NCBI GenBank assembly: GCA_001179505.1
Contig: CDMY01000220.1
Coordinates: 1-64,000, forward strand
Direction of reading: 5' to 3'
Source: Vitrella brassicaformis CCMP3155
Taxonomy: Eukaryota > Protista > Chromerida
DNA length: 64,000 nucleotides
The translations under genes were made by a program, and so were the position numbers. Positions within the stretch are counted from its first letter, which is position 1; each line of letters starts with the position of its first letter. The notes beneath the pieces are model-generated. The model was given only the letters and a program-made list of their open reading frames with translations. It was not told the origin of the DNA and did not search any database. This document shows, in pieces, positions 60,586 to 64,000 of the stretch.

Positions 60586-63500
60586 ATGCTGGTGGTCATT
60601 GCCTTTGTGGCTGGCGCCGTGGTACAGAGGGCAAACGCGGTGACCATCGTACCGGGGTTTGGATGGCCGAAAGCCGACCAATACTGTGTGGACTCGGCAT
60701 TTCAATACACTGAGCCGTCCGAAGAGGAATGCGGCCAGAGGTCGCTCAGAGAGGGCAGAGAGGGGCTGACAATTAATGATGCAGCGATGCTTGCTTTGCA
60801 ATGTTGCTTATGTCTGCAGGTGCAAGTTGGATGTGACGTGTCGGTGTTTTGACTTCAAGGCCGGCGGGCTGCCTGACCAAAACATCAAGTCGTGTCGGCT
60901 GTCAGACACGGCACAACTCGCAGCCAGTGCTGCGGGGTACACCGCATACATCAAGCCGGAAAGCACCGGTAAGGACCGAAGATTGATGTATCGCACATGT
61001 GTGTTTGGCTTTCAGTTGAGGTGGTTGAGTTGAATGGATTTGATTTCCCCTTCCTGGACTTTGCATGCGTCGACCCCTTCGCTCAGCTGGGAGCCAACAA
61101 TGCGTCGTTTCAGATCGTCGACTGTGCCGCCGCGTAAGTGACCAAACGCCACTCTCCTTGCTTGTACAGTCACTCACACGGGGTGTCTTGTGGGCTGTCA
61201 GCTGTCTGCAATCGGCCCAGTGCGCCTGCTTCTCGTTCTCCACGGAAGGAGGTGCAGCTGCGCCCTGTCTGCTGGGGGACAAGCGGAAGATTGAATCGAG
61301 CAGCGAAGCATACAATGCCTACTACAAATCAGGTCGGTGAACAGGGAAGAAGAGTTTCCTGGGCTTGCTTGTTATCCGTATGCATGTCTGAATGTCAGGT
61401 ACTTATACCCCGGCTGAGTGCGTCGCTGGCGAGTGGGGCGAGTGGAGCGAATGCACCGCCACGTGCGGCGAATCCAACCAAATCAGGACTCTGCCGGTCA
61501 AAACGAACATGCACACGAGAAATGCATGCACACATTAACCAATCCATGTGCAGGCAGGTTGTGATGTGCCTGGAGACGATCCCAACTACCTGCAGACCAA
61601 GCCCTGCCGAGTGCCAGAGTGCTTCGTCACACGTAAGAAGATCATCGAATTGCACGGGTCATCCTCGGGCTATTCGTCCCTGTAAGGCCTTCTGTCAGCT
61701 GACTGGCCGCCAACGGAGCTCCAGGGCTTCACTGGCCGCCTGCTGTGGCTGGAGGGCACCGTGGACGACACGACCTATCCGCAGTGGGACCTTGGCCTCC
61801 TGTTGCTTACACAAGACCCAAACCAATGTGCACGGACGTGAGTGGTCAACGGCATGGATGCACGAATCAAGCAGACAACGGCGATCGCAATCTCCCTTTC
61901 TCATTCGTGTCACCTGCTTTAGGTGTCTGTCTCAGCCGCTGTGTCGTGTGTTTGATTGGATCGAGGCCGAGAACGCCCGAGACACGGCACCATGCAGGCT
62001 GTCCTTCTCTCGCACTGTGCGCAGCAGTTCACTCAATCGATACCTATACATTCGCGACGACACACCAAGTGGTGACACACTTACACATATGCCAACCACG
62101 TTTCCAAATACGGCTCTTGTCCGTCTTTCTCAGGTGGCCCAGAGGTCGATTTCCGCGAGCAGTTCTGTCTGCGAAAGGGTGGCCAGTTCTATGGCGTGCT
62201 CGGGAACGACGGAGTGCTCAACAGCGCGTGCTGCCGCGGCAACTGCAACCCTCGATGTGGCGATCCCGAATGTGGTGAGCAGCAGACGGCCGGCCTGACA
62301 GCGACGCACTGCTGCAGCAGCAGGATCCGCACATCGGGGAGAAATTGCTATGACGAGGACCCTCCCTGTCAAGTGGGAGAATGTATGTAAAGCAGCATGT
62401 CTTATGAGAAACACTTATGCAGCTTTGTGCCCGCCACATACAGATTGGAACACGAAAGGCCTCGAGACCGCTGCACTAGGTAAGTGGTACGCTGAAAGGC
62501 TTGGTTGAGCGACGCACCGTCTCTGCCGTGCATCGGGGGTCAGATTGGTATTCGAAACGTGATTTCTGCACCGTCATCAAGCGGGGCATCCCCGATGTCT
62601 TGCGGCGGCACTGCTGTGAGGACGTCTCGGCGCCATTGCGGCGGCACTGCTGTGAGGACGTCTCGGCGCCAATAATCAATTGCAGCCCCATCGCTGAGGG
62701 CAGAAGCTGCCTCACTAACGATCCCCCTTGCCAACTGCCAGAAGGTCAGTGGAATTCATGTATCGAACAATCGCATCGTTAATGTGGATGCGTATGTCCA
62801 TGCAGCTTACTCTGACGGCCTCACAGCAGTGGCCGGCTTCTCTCGGCCGCGTCGCGGCCAGTACTGTGCCACACACGTCCTTATGGTGGACGCACCGTCC
62901 ATCGAAGAATGTGCCGCCAAGTGAGGGAGACAAGGAGACAAGAATCTGTGAATGACCTCCTTTATCTGTGTATGTGTTGATCAGGTGTGAGGAGCAGCTT
63001 GCGTGTCGCTGTTTCGACTATCTCGAAGGCGGGCTGCCCACCCGTGGGATACTCTCGTGCCGGCTCAGTCCCTCAACCGCCACATACGACAGCGGCGCTG
63101 GATTCGTCGCATACGTCAGGGAAGGTAAAGGCATTTTTCCAATCATTCATGTGTCTCTATCACATTCTTGTGCATGGATGCAGGCGGCCTCGGTCAGGAT
63201 CTGTGTGACCGTGTGCGTCTCGGCCAGTGGCACCCGAGCGGTGACGCATGTTGCGCCTCATCATGTGGCGACCTCTGTGGCGCATCGAATTGCGCAGATG
63301 GAGGATCAGACTCCTGCTGTCGGGGCACCATCAGAGTGTCACGCAACTTCTGCCAACAGGCCGACAAGGCACCATGCGCACTTACTGCCTCATGTGAGAT
63401 ACTGGGTGTACACGAAATCCCACTCATACACTCGTCTCCGGTGGTTCTACAGATTGGGTCAGCCGCGACACAGACGCCCGCGGAGTCCTTCGTGGCGGTC

Positions 63501-64000
63501 TCACAGCAGAGGCGTGGTGCGTTGGGCTGCTCGGTGGGATATACGAACCAGAGTACGGGGTGTGCTGCGACTCTAAATGCGGCTCGTGCGGCGGCTCTGG
63601 TTGCGGGAACAGGCCTGGCGGGTCTGCGGCCTGCTGTGTGGGGGCGATTAGGAGCGCCGGCGTGTCTTGCTATGAAGACACGGTATCGCCGCCATGTAAC
63701 GTGCCACATGGTGAGGCAGATACACCCACACTTGTCATGCATCCTGATGCATTCGTCTCGCCTTCAGTTCCCGAGCCGCAGGTGGGTTCATGGCGCTTTC
63801 TCATGGTTGACGCGGCTGGCATCGCTAAAGAGGACATCAGCATCCCCTCCACCCAAGTGGGCACCTACCAGACTCCCCTCCTCGCCCCCCACACCCCCGA
63901 CTTCACCTTCCAAGTGCTGCCCCTTGACAATACCACCCTGAAAGTTACTTCGGTCCGCTTCACCCTCGCCAAAACAAGCAGCCCCGGGACACTGCTGCCT
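60586..64000 (+). CDS. Secreted adhesin-like multidomain protein (PAN/apple x4, TSP1, Cys-rich repeats x4); 3' end outside the window
   Basis: Signal peptide MLVVIAFVAGAVVQRANA. PAN patterns EECGQRCKLDVTCRCFDF...CRLS, DCAAACLQSAQCACFSF, CARTCLSQPLCRVFDW and EECAAKCEEQLACRCFDY. TSP1 motif GEWGEWSECTATCG. Cys repeats such as VCCDSKCGSCGGSGCGNRPGGSAACCVGAIRSAGVSC...PPC. Confidence 0.85.
62600..62671 (+). repeat. Perfect in-frame 36-bp tandem duplication (LRRHCCEDVSAP x2) inside the adhesin
   Basis: TTGCGGCGGCACTGCTGTGAGGACGTCTCGGCGCCA occurs twice in tandem. Confidence 0.95.

Larger units (their letters stand above)
1..64000. repeat. Pervasive microsatellites (CA/TG, GA/TC, ACAG/CTGT, TCCA/TGGA, TCAT) in introns and intergenic DNA
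   Basis: Seen throughout, for example 2324-2354, 25640-25708, 32800-32830 and 55380-55410. Confidence 0.95.

Noticed and set aside
62600-62671. 36-bp repeat as a CRISPR array (and similarly the 33-bp repeat at 26806-26871)
   Set aside because: Only two abutting copies with no spacers, eukaryotic context and no cas genes.
1-64000. Most ORF-track entries rich in CVCVCV, THTHTH, SVCLSV or MDGWMDG
   Set aside because: They are translations of intronic or intergenic microsatellites, or antisense shadows of real exons. Many begin at non-ATG codons.

Overview
This is eukaryotic, intron-rich, GC-rich nuclear DNA. It is most likely from the chromerid alveolate Vitrella brassicaformis, inferred from ApiAP2, RAP and BTB-TLDc genes and from (CA)n/(ACAG)n/(TCCA)n-filled introns; I could not confirm this by search. 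All gene models were spliced by hand from GT-AG signals and reading-frame continuity, so exon edges are approximate. Well-supported genes are TFIIA-gamma, a RAP-domain protein, KRI1, a Rieske oxygenase, two AP2-domain genes, a DAG-lipase-like lipase, ornithine aminotransferase, a BTB+TLDc protein, an F-box-like/LRR-like protein, a Cys-rich type I membrane protein and a secreted PAN/TSP1 adhesin that runs off the window end. There is also a nonsense-disrupted lineage-family pseudogene, a decayed Helitron/PIF1 helicase fragment and five 300-N assembly gaps. I found no rRNA, tRNA or CRISPR array. The most interesting signals are: (1) many introns carry AC repeats near the 5' splice site and complementary GT repeats near the 3' splice site, a possible structure-assisted splicing system; (2) a protein with about 7 divergent AP2-like domains, four preceded by a shared EG-hydrophobic-x3-DG[KN] leader; (3) an adhesin mixing apicomplexan-type PAN/TSP1 domains with a Cys repeat resembling one I recall from brown algae/phaeoviruses; (4) a possible non-AUG mitochondrial leader on OAT; (5) a ZZ zinc finger inside KRI1; (6) a recurring AAGCTCGC/CGTGAAAC motif in the short promoters.
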